Part shown: piece by piece, positions 11,020-23,044 of the stretch
Position numbering within the stretch: the first letter of the stretch is position 1
Layout of the letters: every line of letters starts with the position of its first letter
Assembly (NCBI GenBank): GCA_002633005.1
Contig: NMRA01000065.1
Coordinates: 983,066 to 1,047,065, forward strand
DNA from: Phoronis australis
Taxonomy: Eukaryota; Animalia; Phoronida
Reading direction: 5' to 3'
DNA length: 64,000 nt
Notes under the pieces: generated by a model
The model's input: only the letters and a program-made list of their open reading frames with translations
Database searches by the model: none
What the model was told of the DNA's origin: nothing
Position numbers and translations under genes: made by a program

Positions 11020-12536
11020 GTAAGGTATTGCGATAGCAACACTCCAAAATACCACAACGTCTTCTCTAATTCTGTGGTATTTACCCACAATGCTGTGCAT
11101 TAGTAACTCCAGGTACTTGCCCTATAGTTCTACATTGCTCCCATGCTAATCGCTATTTTACAGTTTCATTATTTTGCCATTTGTCTGTTTAATCCCAATA
11201 ATATTTCTGTTGCATAGTAAGTATACTGTTGACATGAAAATTGACAAGCTGTTTGGGCCACGATTCCACTACATTCGAGCTTGGAAACATTTCCCTGCCT
11301 AATCTTTTGAAAACGGGTCAGTCATGCAATTTGTTTTTCTGCCTCCATGAAAGGGGATTTGACCAGGTCATTGTATTTCATTCAAAACTTTGTTTGGTGG
11401 CAATTGTTTTTAGAACTTTATGCAGGTACTAGGGCTCGACGCTTAGCAAAACGTCAACTCGCCAAATGTGACCTGGCAAAACTCCCAAGTCACCAAACTG
11501 GAAATGACATGACCAAAACAGGGAAACTCCGTATGCAGGATTCCAAAGCTCCTAGCCCCTACAAGTGATGCTGCCGAAAAGGAAATCATAAAAATACATG
11601 CAAACTATACATACATCTACTGAAACACCTGATCCGACATTGAGTGGTCTGTTTCATCAAATGGAAAATTAGGAGTGGCTTGCATGCTCAGTAATGATCA
11701 GTTTCCCATGGGACCAATATTTTGCCAGGCTCACCTGCGTAAGGGAAACCATAGCTCCGCTGTTTCTGGTTGGATTTTTCTGATTTTTTTCTGTGGATAT
11801 ATCATTTCAAGGGCTATCACAAAATTTCATTTGTTTTCATCTAGATCATACAAATTTCAAGTTATTAGAGATTTTTCAAAGACTGGTCTCCAGTTAATTA
11901 AGTTTTTGTGCTGTATCTTCAGCATCCTTTGACGAATGCGTCTCAAATTTTTGTGACTTGATAGATATTTTCAAGCGCTCTCAGCACTGTGAAACCCGTC
12001 TCTTGCTACAACTTACATTCTCGTGACATTTGAGATTTATTGATGACTATTCTTTTATCGACTAGTTATTTTTAGCTGCACTTTGTTAGCCAATCATAGT
12101 TGTGCTAGAGATCACAGTTTTTGTCTGGTTGACATGAAATTTACATACAGTTTGCACCGTGGCGGCTATTTTTCAAATTATGTTTGCGGTGCTCTAGCTC
12201 TGCGTGTTCCTTTGACCGAACCTTTTGTTTGTAAATAGGCCATCTTACAGGCTATGTAATTTGTTGGTGCAATGAGCATCGGGGTCGTGGTTGTTCATGA
12301 TCTATGTTTCGTCGTCAACCACACCTTTAATTTTTTGTTGGATTTCACTCAAGTGTCGCTCCTCAGAGTGCATTCATTTTATTTATTCTTAAATAGCTTA
12401 GAGACATCATCTTTATTGTAGTTTATGAAATTTGCCATATATTAAAAATTACCCTGTTACTTTATTACATTTCTGTGATTGTTAAGCTTATGTCGTCAAA
12501 AGACTGCAAACACGTACAAATCGGTTCATTTTTCAG

Positions 12537-12760
12537 TGTGAATGCCGTCACCACTCTGGAGGATTTCTCCCACTGCCAAAACTTGCAAGAGTTGTACATT
12601 CGCAAGAACAAGATCGCTAATCTGGCCGAGATCTGCCACCTACGCCACCTGCCCAAGCTACGCATACTCTGGCTGGCTGACAACCCGTGCGCCGTCGGTG
12701 ACCGCTACAGAATGACGGTGCTGAAGGCACTGCCCAATCTGCAGAAACTGGATAACATTC
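12537..12760 (+). CDS. CFAP410: CFAP410 exon 3 (LRRs + LRR cap)
   Basis: [26 protein letters not shown]...[11 protein letters not shown]...[17 protein letters not shown]; canonical AG/GT. Confidence 0.96.
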
Positions 12761-13327
12761 GTAAGTGGTGCATTTTAGTGGGCTCTACCAGTAATTACAG
12801 TGAAGTATGAGTACACCAGAGAAGATTATTTCTGTTTTGACGTCACTTTGAGTGAGTAAATGACAAGGAAGGAGATCATCTGTCGCAAGTTGTACTGTCT
12901 CATTAACGCAGTGTCAATTTGCGCCATGTAATTGTTCCGCGTTGATGGTCCAGTTCACAAGCTGATAACTGTCACGTCAAATACTGGCCAGAACATAGTG
13001 TTTAGTGTCATTGAATTAACATGACTTGGCTTGTATCGATTTCCCAAAGAGAGAAGTTTATCCGTAATGTGTTTGCTATGGAAGAAAATGTGTAGGAACT
13101 CTCTTTCCTATGAATTACCTGGTCCTTGGTATCAGTCCAAATATTTTTCCCAATCATTGCATCCACTCTGACGTCTGCTCTCAGATGTCGTAACGGGGAA
13201 TTCTGAGGTTATTTTGTACGGTAATTTTTGGCATGTACTGCTGCGACGCAATGGAAAGACATAGGCTCTCTTTTCTGATTCTTTATGAAACACCCAATCA
13301 AATCTAATCATCTTGTTTTTAATTCAG

Positions 13328-13496
13328 CCGTTGAACAAGAGGAAGTTAATGATGCAATAGAACAAGGCATTGAGCTGTCCCTACCAACTTTGTCATCACC
13401 TTCAAAGCCTAAGAAACCAGTCATCACAGCCGTGACAAATAAAGAGGATCCTCCCATGAAAGAGGACCCCGCTACGTTGACAATGGAGGAAACAAA
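13328..13496 (+). CDS. CFAP410: CFAP410 exon 4
   Basis: PVEQEEVNDAIEQG...LTMEET; acceptor aattcag and donor gttagt; phase 1/2. Confidence 0.88.
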
Positions 13497-14115
13497 GTTA
13501 GTGGTCCACACGGTTATTGATTAAAACCTTCCTTATTATAAATGCTGTAGACAATTCAACTAGTCGAGCTATGCTTTAGCTACACAAAAAAACATGATTT
13601 TTAAACTCAAACGAATGCGTGTTGAACGATTTGTGAAGTATTCTTTTCATGCCATATGATGTAAAGTGGGAAAACGTTAAACAGAGAATGGCCAATAGCA
13701 GTAGTTTTGAGCATTCACCGGTACCGCGGTAGATGCATGTATCTGGTGTGGGTACTGGAGTGTACTGAATAGAAGTTAAATGTATACAGGTACTGTTTGT
13801 AGATGGTTGAATTAACTAAGCATTCTGAGTGACAAAAAAGAAATGCCAAGCCAAGGTCAAGTATTTTATAATTTTGAAAAGCTGCTCAAAGGTACATAAA
13901 CAAGGGTAAGCAAGGTTTGAAACATCGTAATTTCCCATGTGATGTGTAAATCCTGTATCTCAGTCGGATTTTCTTCTTTAAAAAATGAACTAAAAAACGT
14001 AACCACTGGGCCAGTTTTCAAAAAAAACACTGACCAAAATCAACTATGCTTTTTTGGCTTAATGCTTGTAGTTTGTAAGAAAATAGTTCTGACTGTCTTG
14101 TTCTTGCATTTACAG

Positions 14116-14203
14116 TAAAATCAGAGAACAGCTAGGCTTGAAACCTCTGCCCGCCAACAAAGTTACGCCCAGTAAACCTGCATTTGCCTCGAACAGGCAT
14201 AGG
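14116..14203 (+). CDS. CFAP410: CFAP410 exon 5
   Basis: NKIREQLGLKPLPANKVTPSKPAFASNRHR; tttacag / gtaaga; phase 2/0. Confidence 0.88.
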
Positions 14204-14983
14204 GTAAGAAAGGGTACTAAGTTAGTGGATAGTGTCGAAATATTTTACCATTGATTTGGAAATTATTTTAATTTGTAATATTTTGGTTCAGATTTATTTA
14301 AAGTGCCTATGAACATTAAAGGCATGGTCAAAGGTCATATTTTCCATATCAGGGAAATGTGCTACATCTATGTTTTGCCGTACCAGATAAGGAGATGTGC
14401 TTTGCCTTGTGGGAGAAAAATCGACAAAGTGGCGAGCAGTTGACAGATCGTTTTTTGAAATTTGAAACTAAAAGAAAATGCTTTGATATCAACAGATATT
14501 AAAAATCTTTGCGAACCTGGTGAGCATGTTGAATTCGGTTTCAGTAGCAGAGAACCACTATCAATATTGCAATTTAGTCTGCTTACTACTTTTCAGGCTT
14601 TTTAAGTTTTTACAACTTAGTAGTGTTCAGTTTCCTAAAGCAGTCCTGAATGACACTGTATTACAATCGTGAATTCCAGTTCATGGAAATGAGAAAATAG
14701 AAAATAACGTGTTTTTTCTACAAGTGCAGATTTTATCAGAGCATGGGTCATAAAGGTTTTGATTGTAATAGTGTTTTGAGGTTCGCTAGTCTCCTCACAA
14801 ACGAGCACAATGAACTCTCGCAACATGATGGCGTCTAATGTTAAGTAGTGGTTATGTGCGTCTCGATTTAACAGCTAATTGTGTACCAAGGTTGTTTTAG
14901 GTTGAAAAATAGTGGTCATTGACCATGTAACTCGAGCTCTGAAACTTTTTCTTGTGCCTTGATTTCATGTATTATAATTTCAG

Positions 14984-15091
14984 AATGCCAACATCTTGCA
15001 AGCCGTTCTCTGTTTAATAAAGGAGTTGGATTCTGACAGCTTGGAAACAGTTGGAAATGCTGTGAAAAACAGGTTGGAGTCATATGTCTAG
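14984..15091 (+). CDS. CFAP410: CFAP410 exon 6 (C-terminal helical domain)
   Basis: NANILQAVLCLIKELDSDSLETVGNAVKNRLESYV* versus human [29 protein letters not shown]. Confidence 0.92.
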   Translation, partial: NANILQAVLCLIKELDSDSLETVGNAVKNRLESYV

Positions 15092-15865
15092 CCTGTATTG
15101 GGACAATGCTTAGGTTTTCATCTTATTTTACAACTACATCATCACTCATTTCCCTAAAGGGAGACCATCATGCAATATTCAAGACTGATTGAATTTCTTA
15201 TGGATAAAGAAATGCATTGTGGGAAGGGGTGGTACTGTTACTGGTGATGCGTGCAGGTGACCTCTCAATGTAATATTCAAGTACTAACAGCAAATTTTAC
15301 AAAATTCGGTTTTCCACTTAATTGGACAAAGTTTCGTGGTGCGGTTGGGTGCATTTGGCCTGAGATGTGCTAGCATAATTCGTGGATATTTGTTTAAAAA
15401 ATCTACTGGGAAGTGATGCAGACCCATGGCAGGTGGTGAATTCATTTTTGGAAATTTTGTATTTGGAGTCTACCTACTTGGCATGAAACAATACACGGTA
15501 CCTCTCTCAGCTCATTGCCTTCGGGATTAAAGCGATGACTTACCTGTATGTCAATTTATGCATAACTACAAACGTCATAAACAGGGCCAAAGGAAAGGTG
15601 ACGACTTGTGCAGTTAAGCAAAGTAGCATGTAGTAGGTTTACTACGATAGCATAAAATATTGAGCTGCATAGTACATTCACATAGGATAAATAGTGACAT
15701 AGACGAAGAACTACTGTTCTCTTTCTAAATTTCCACTTTTGGATACCCACTCGTAATTTGAATCTATCTGTCAAAAGGTCCGCATTTAATTTTGTGTAAA
15801 TAATTGCCAAGCTTTGCCCGAGGTAAACTAAGCTTTTGCGTTACATGAATAATGACTGCTTGTTC

Positions 15866-15973
15866 TGGTAGAAGTCACTAACATGCGTCCCGCATTTTGA
15901 GAACCAGTTTTCTCCACTGAATAATGAGCGTCAAACTGGTTCTCAAAATCTAGGACCACTGTGACTATTGCCC
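15866..15973 (+). repeat. Short hairpin repeat (copy 1)
   Basis: attttgagaaccagttt ... aaactggttctcaaaat; a reverse-oriented second copy lies at about 18990-19100. Confidence 0.7.
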
Positions 15974-16590
15974 ATGTACTTATACTTCTTATGGTTTGTC
16001 ACTGCTGCAAAAGTCATGTGGTCAGTCCTCCACCATTTTGCTTTTTGGACAGAACACGTATCGCGTCCCACCATCTTAATTTTTGAAGCTACCTCATCAC
16101 AAGTTTCATCATTCTTTTCTGGAGTGTAAACTGACTGTTACCTTGGGAATGAAAAATATTGGTCTTTACTTGTTTAAATTAAATTAAAACTATATAGTGT
16201 GTATGGTAATTTTCAGCTGTTTAAGGTACAGTATGTTGAAAAATTATCAGACAAAATATCATTTCCACGTCATGAGGTCCAATTATGTGAACAGAAAAAG
16301 GACTGATAATAACTATTATGGCTGGTATGGCGTCAGAATTTTAATTACAGCGTGGCTTAGCCACCTCACTAACAGGAGTCATGACAGGGAATTCCGTATC
16401 ATTTTGTCGAATACTTTTAGCCTGTACTGTACTACCACATTATGTGGAACTAACCTAACAAAGAATTCATCGTTGCTCTTGATCAGGGTTTGAAGTAAAT
16501 GAGAATTCCGGGGGGGTGATTTTGAGGTTGGATTGGTTGGTATGCAAATGTGCTTGCTTTTAGCAAATACAAATGTAATACTGACACTTG

Positions 16591-16707
16591 TGGCTATGTA
16601 AATGAGTGTGCTTGAAACGAGTAGGCGTGGTATTGGCCAATGGCTATGTAAATGAGTGTGCTTGAAACAAGTAGGCGTGGTATTGGCCAATGGGTATGTA
16701 AATGAGT
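16591..16707. repeat. 50-bp tandem repeat, about 2.3 copies
   Basis: Unit tggctatgtaaatgagtgtgcttgaaac(g/a)agtaggcgtggtattggccaa at 16591, 16641 and 16691. Confidence 0.9.
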
Positions 16708-16826
16708 CAAGGCTGTCATTTTTAATCCAAGGTTTGTTTACATTGCATATTTTGTTTATTTTCATGTACTTAATGTTCAGTAGAACATCTATGGATTTTG
16801 AGAATGTATTCGTCAAGCTTAAAAAA

Positions 16827-17314
16827 CAGGGCTTGGAATGATCAATGACAAAAAACGCGGAAACTTTTACGGCCCAAATCATGCGCGCTACCCAGCCTTG
16901 AAATGGTTGATGTGAACCTTTCCCCGACAAAAATCGGGACTAAAAAAAAAAACGTTACCACCATCAGTAACATGCGTCTGCGTCCTTTTAGCTCGTCCGT
17001 CCACTCCCAACCCACACATTTTTGGCTGCAGAGCCGTAGTATTTGGCGCCGCGGTTTACAATAACACGAGACGCCATTGAAAATCCCACCACGCTATCCC
17101 AGATGCCCCGGCAGTGTTGACAATTTACGTTCCTCCGAAACATAAAGAGCAACTTCCGCTTTTCGAGGTGAACGTCGTCTGCAACGCCGTGGTAAGAAAG
17201 GAATTTGCCGCGGAAATTTTATATCAAATCCGATTTTTTTGCACGGAAATATAATAAAATGCGCGGACAGAAGATTTGAAAAAAGCGGAAATCCGCGGAA
17301 AATTCCAAGCCCTG
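16827..17314. mobile_element. hAT-like MITE
   Basis: TIR cagggcttggaat / attccaagccctg; A6 runs on both sides; repeated gcgga motifs near the ends. Confidence 0.7.
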
Positions 17315-18599
17315 AAAAAAGTAAATTGTTATTCAACCAAGTAAAACTTGCATGAATAATTTAATGTTTCAGACTATGTTTTTTCATAACTGTAGGTGAG
17401 ACACTCTGGGATTCAGATTTGTAGGCTGTACACAATTTATGGCAAATTGTGATGTTATGTCTGAAGTTTAGTCTACAACTCACTCTAGATTTTTTGGCTT
17501 CATATATGACTTTGGGACCACTGTCTTCACACTCAAAATGTCGTGTTGTACTTAGTATGAAACGTTGTAGCTCGGAAAGTTGTGACGCAACACAGAGAAT
17601 GGATTTCTTGTGACATGGCGACATTCTGGGACAAAAGTGGCTTGCATGAAATTATGACACTTTGAAAATTCTGTGAGAAATTTGCAGTCATGTAGGCTGT
17701 TGGTATTTTGCTGGATTTATGTCGCATCAAATAATGGTTCCCGTTTTTCACAAATTATTAAGTTATGAACGAATTCATTGTTATCACTTAAAAAACAGTG
17801 TCTCGCGTATGTGACAAAAGCAAAGTTAATGCGACTTAAACACGCAAAAAGCATTAAAAAAGCTGTGATAATCAAGACTTCCCAGACATTTTGAAAATGT
17901 TTGGGTGTGGCAAATTGTGACTTGCCATTAAACATGAATCCATTCTCTGAACTCGCCTACATGGTCTACTGTTGACAGTCATGCAATAATGCTATAGGTA
18001 CCCACTATGTAACTCTAGTAGTGCCGAGTCATCTACTTAGTTGCATTCAAAAGTTTATCTTACAAGATTTTAGCACCAAGGAGGAATCTGGATTAGCAAT
18101 CTATATATTTTCACTATGCATATTTTGGCGTTACTATTTACAGTTTAAGTGTTCACGAGTCATGTCATGCTCAAATTAATTTCTCAGTTTCGATTGAAAA
18201 TATCTCAATATTGTTTAACCTCATCCTAAGTCAGCTTTTATTTTTGTGTGTGTTTGAATAATGAATTATATAACGTGTATGTATTGTTTGTTTTGAAATC
18301 TTTTATACAAATATAGTATGCTTTATTTTATTTTTATGTTATACTGACAGCTAAATTCAGCAACCTAGTAAAAATTCTCGCGTTTATTTCCAGTGCATAA
18401 AAAATTTAAATCTGTAAACACAACTAAATAATGATAAATTAGTTATAACTAACAAAACTAAACAACCGCTTACCATGTTGGAAGTCTTCCACCAGAGAAT
18501 TCAACTTCAAAATCTTGGAGAATGTTAAATGTTTCAGTTTTAAAATTTTAGTGGAAATTGCTCTACCAGCTCCGGAAATCGCTTCGCATTACATCCAGG

Positions 18600-18760
18600 T
18601 TCTCATTCATTCCCTTGCATATATTCACTGGTAAGACCGAGCTCAGAGGAGTAGGAGACACCTTTGTGGAATGCCTGATTGTCAGTCAGTAAAGCCAGGA
18701 TTCAAACCCGGGTCTCCCAAACGGAGTCTGGAGCTCAAACCACTGAGCCACAATGTCTCC
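18600..18760 (-). mobile_element. tRNA-derived SINE
   Basis: Minus strand: GGAGACATTG TGGCTCAGTGG (A box) ... GGTTTGAATCC (B box), followed by a non-tRNA body. Confidence 0.65.
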
Positions 18761-18989
18761 TCTACCAGTCAAATGCTGCAAAGATGTTTACATGACAATT
18801 TTTTGAAAAAAAACATTCACACTGACTCCAAACGCAGATGTTGTCGGAGTCAGTTTAAGGTACTCCATATCACTGCGCATCAGCTGACATCATCATCATT
18901 GGTACAGTGAACTAACTGCATGCGTATGATGGAGGACTTTGCACACCTGGACGTGATTACCAAGGTAACTGTACAAAGGCCACTTCGAT

Positions 18990-19100
18990 GGCAATAGCCA
19001 ATTATAGGGGTCTCAGATTTTGAGAACCAGTTTGATGTCTGTTATTCACAAGAGAAAACTGGTTCTCAAAATGCTGGATCCATGTAAGTGACTATTACCA
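18990..19100 (-). repeat. Short hairpin repeat (copy 2)
   Basis: Reverse complement aligns to 15866-15973. Confidence 0.7.
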
Positions 19101-19579
19101 CTTCCAGTATTTAATGTAGACATTGACAAAATTGGAAACAAAAACTATCGGTTTAAAATTATACATTACATCTCATTCTAAGCTGTACAGCTGATAGATA
19201 TTGGTTTCAAAATAGAAACCTAAGTCGAAAGAAACAATTGCTGATTTGTACTTCATCTGAAGCTTTCCCTATGGTTCAGAGTTGTCACAAAATTGTACAA
19301 AATCTATTCCTTTCTGATGGCTGGTCTACGGCTGTGCATTTCTCCCACCAGAAATTGGCCTCCTTGATCTGAATGCATTCATTGCCCTCTTCAGAATGCG
19401 ACAACACTTTACTTGTCGATTCTGAGAACGTCTTCCAAACAGCGCTGTTAATTTTAATTAAAACAAGGCCTGGGACCACCAAGACAAACGGATTCTCATC
19501 AACTCATTCCACCAGGCAACTGGTAACACAGAGACATGATACACCATATGGCAGGAGTAACCCTTAAGCCTCGATGATG

Positions 19580-19665
19580 CTACGTTGCTAAAGCCGGCAT
19601 GAAATACTGTAATGACATGTCCTCATGAATAAGAAAGAACTGTACCACTTTGCTGTCCACGATAT
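19580..19665 (-). CDS. HUS1: HUS1 exon 8 (last)
   Basis: NIVDSKVVQFFLIHEDMSLQYFMPALAT* versus human [27 protein letters not shown]. Confidence 0.95.
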
Positions 19666-19723
19666 CTGGAAAGGAAACGAATATGTGAAGTGATGTGTTG
19701 CTGATGCTGTTTTTACAGATTCG

Positions 19724-19899
19724 CACAGCACTAGTCAGGGAACATTACTTGCACAGCATCCTAGTCAGGGAACATTACTTGCACAGCATCCTAGTCAGGG
19801 AACATTACTTACACAGCATCCTAGTCAGGGAACATTACTTACACAGCATCCTAGTCAGGGAACATTACTTGCACAGCATCCTAGTCGGAGAACATTACT
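19724..19899. repeat. 30-bp minisatellite, about 5.8 copies
   Basis: Unit cacagcatcctagtcagggaacattactt(g/a); explains the spurious repetitive ORF at 19695-19970. Confidence 0.95.
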
Positions 19900-20768
19900 C
19901 GCTCCTACTGAGTGTCACTCACATTTATACACACTTACACGATATCATAGATGCACTAATGCTCATGTGATGCGTATTTGACAACTGTCCCTCTTTTACG
20001 GGAACCATCATGTTTTTAAGAGGCTTGTCCCACATCCCATGTTGGATGCAGTCTGATAGACTTCAAAAGAGGACCAAACTGTAGACACATCCACACAATG
20101 CCAAAATGTCCCAGAATAATCTACGTTCATTAGGTAATTTACCCCAGAATGTCTACCATATATGTAATGTAATATGTTGCAATTCTAATGCCTCAAGTAT
20201 TATGTTTTTAGAAGCTAACAGGTACGGTAATTCTCCTTTATTTGGAACAAAAACAATAGCCACAAATTTTCCATTTTTCAAAGACTGATTACTTTGTACT
20301 GCAAATAATGCCATAATTTTTTTCTCGACTTCTACACAATGCAAACAATGCTGGTAATAGACTAAAGTTTTCTTAATCTTGGCCTCCATATTTTGTTGCA
20401 AACAAGAGAAGACTGTACTCGTGAGCCAAGTAATAACCCTATCTACATATTGATACAACAAGCCTAAATACTGTAATAAGCCGCAAAGTCTCCGAGACAG
20501 CAAGGCTGATTGCGCAGAAACTCCACGTGTAGCTTAAAGTAGGAATGTTAGGGTCGCAACACTGTTTTTATAAATATCATCTCTCTTAATCATTAACTAT
20601 TCCATGCAACACACGGGTACCGGCATTACAAAACACTATAGAAAGTAACCAGCTACAGAATCTAACTGATGTAACCTCGGATTGAGTGATTTACAAGATT
20701 ATCGGGTATTTAGAAATAGTGAATTCCATTTCTCTAGTACTCGAGCTGCAAATCAAACCATGACTCAC

Positions 20769-20912
20769 TGCAAATAACACGTTGCGGGTTCACTTGCTGT
20801 CCAACGAGAAACTGCGAAAACTTTCGGATGTCCACTCGCGCCTCGGCAAACTCACTAGGATCTCTGTCCTCATTCTGCACCTGTGATGGAGCATCTCCTG
20901 TCTCGTCTCTGT
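20769..20912 (-). CDS. HUS1: HUS1 exon 7
   Basis: ...DRDPSEFAEARVDIRKFSQFLVGQQVNPQRVIC; phase 1/1. Confidence 0.92.
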
Positions 20913-21963
20913 CTGAAGGTACATTGTTAAGTTTTTAGAGAGGTGACTACATTAAAATCTCACCAATTTAGGACACAAGGTGACCGGCAACTGAAAAGTT
21001 ATGTTTTTATTTCTCAATACAAGATAGGTAACACCAACTAAATGCGATACCATTTTAAAGGTCTATGCTATAGCTACATTCAGGCAATTTTTCTGAGAAA
21101 TTGGGGGACATTCAAAAGAATATTAGCTTTTGAAAAATGAAAAATACTAATTTTGGCAATTATTTTTGTCTGAAATTAGTGATATTTTACTGTACTCGCA
21201 GTGAGAAATGCTGTTACTGTCATTAGTACCTACAGACGAACCGCATCACAACTTGCCCAGTTTATAACGTCCAATTGGAATGGAACATTGTAGTCGAGTG
21301 GAATGATTCCACACGTCCCTTGAAAAACGTGGTGAATATGACTTTGTTAGTCAACTGCAGCTGTAACAAATGTTTTGGGAAAGCTTCAATTGATTCGTTG
21401 TAACAAGGCTCAACTGTAAGTATTAAACTTCATAAGGCGAATTTTGGCACAAGTAAGTTAAGCCATTACGTATTCCCAAGTGACCCTCTTTCTAAACGGC
21501 ATCAAGTTTTTCATAAAATAAAACTTAACGCGGAATTTCAAGTTTATTTTTTAACGTCTGTTGGCACACCACGAAATTGTTGGCAAAGTTGAAAGACGTA
21601 AAAATTAATAATTAAACTTTAAAAAGTGATTGTAAAAACACATATGGCACAGGGTTGTAAGTTGCATGACGTTCCTAATCTTAAAACATCTTTCCATTAA
21701 TGAAACTTGTTGTGTTTTCTAAATTGATAAAAACCAAGCCGTATCTTTAAAATAAATTGAAAACATCCTTTCAATAAATACTTAGCCGAAGCTTAATAGT
21801 TTGCACACTACAGGTCTTTTGAAAACATATCACCTCTCCTTAAACTCACTAGATAAGCTGTTATTTGAGATTTCATGAAGTAACCCGATTTGAAAAATTC
21901 ACCATTTAAAAATACATAATACTTTTCTGTTTGGATTTTGTGACAAGATATAATTATACTTAC

Positions 21964-22063
21964 TCAATGCTGGATGCTGAAGATCCCTGAAATGTGTTGC
22001 TATGGTAACCATATCTGTTTCCACTTTGAGGGTCATTTCACCACTCTGATTGGCTGATATGGC
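21964..22063 (-). CDS. HUS1: HUS1 exon 6
   Basis: AISANQSGEMTLKVETDMVTIATHFRDLQHPAL; tag / gtaagt. Confidence 0.94.
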
Positions 22064-22759
22064 CTATAGACACAAGGATGTGATTAATCACCATAAGCAT
22101 AAGTACTAATAAATACACATAGTCCTTCACAGTGACATCGGTCAAGCATCACCAACCTCAAACTAGAATGAATGCATATCAGGAGAATTTCCTGAGATAA
22201 AAACAAATACTGAAATGCCAGTAACCCTTAGCATATAAGACTAATGCCTGTTACATGCAGAGTGGTCAGTGAAATACGACTGCTGGACTAGCCCATTCAA
22301 TCAAGTGTTCAGGTCTCCACTCAAGCTATGTGCTGAGTATACTGAGATTTGAGGTAGTCAGATGACCAAGTAGCTCCTCGCCTGCACCCTGCCTCAAATC
22401 ATTATAAAATAAAACTTTTGGTCCTATTTTGTGCTGTATATGATCTGGTATATAACATACATATTTCAAAACAATTTCCAGAGAGCATGCCCCCAAACCA
22501 GCACTCGCGTTCCTGCCTACAGTCCTCAATTTACTCCCTCATTAGGGATTTCAAGGAGGCAAATCTTCCTCCCTTAGGTTTTTTAAATTGGATCCTCTGA
22601 CTCTGTTATATAGAGCTTAATATTCAACGTCAATTATATACAACCTACCAATTCACTACACTTCAAGATCACTTTGTTAATGAATCTTTAACACTGACAC
22701 AGACAATATATTTCTTAGAAGTAAACTTTCACAGACTAAGAATGGCACCAATCAGCTAC

Positions 22760-22909
22760 CACACACGCACGCGCACGCGCACATACGCAGACACACGCAG
22801 ACACACGCAGACACACGCAGACACACGCAGACACGNNNNNNNNNNNNNNNNNNNNNNNNNNNNNNNNNNNNNNNNNNNNNNNNNNNNNNNNNNNNNNNNN
22901 NNNNNNNNN

Positions 22910-22945
<36 letters not shown>
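22760..22945. repeat. Compound microsatellite (GCAGACACAC)n/(CA)n with an assembly gap at 22836-22909
   Basis: Seen directly in the sequence. Confidence 0.95.
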
Positions 22946-22947
<2 letters not shown>

Positions 22948-22969
22948 CCCACAACACTTTAATACATAC

Positions 22970-23044
22970 GACAAAATTGCTGAGATTTTTCATCCTGTCC
23001 ACGACGTTCCTCAGTGTTTTCAATGGAGGCATGTAAATACTAAC
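22970..23044 (-). CDS. HUS1: HUS1 exon 5
   Basis: VSIYMPPLKTLRNVVDRMKNLSNFV versus human VSIYLPVLKTMKSVVEKMKNISNHL. Confidence 0.95.

Noticed and set aside
16379-16930. Longest ORF in the track (183 aa, - strand)
   Set aside because: Runs across a tandem repeat and a MITE boundary, with no protein-like motifs.
19724-19899. 30-bp repeats (also 26030-26187) as a CRISPR array or repeat protein
   Set aside because: Head-to-tail units with no unique spacers, intronic in a eukaryotic gene; the repetitive ORFs are by-products.
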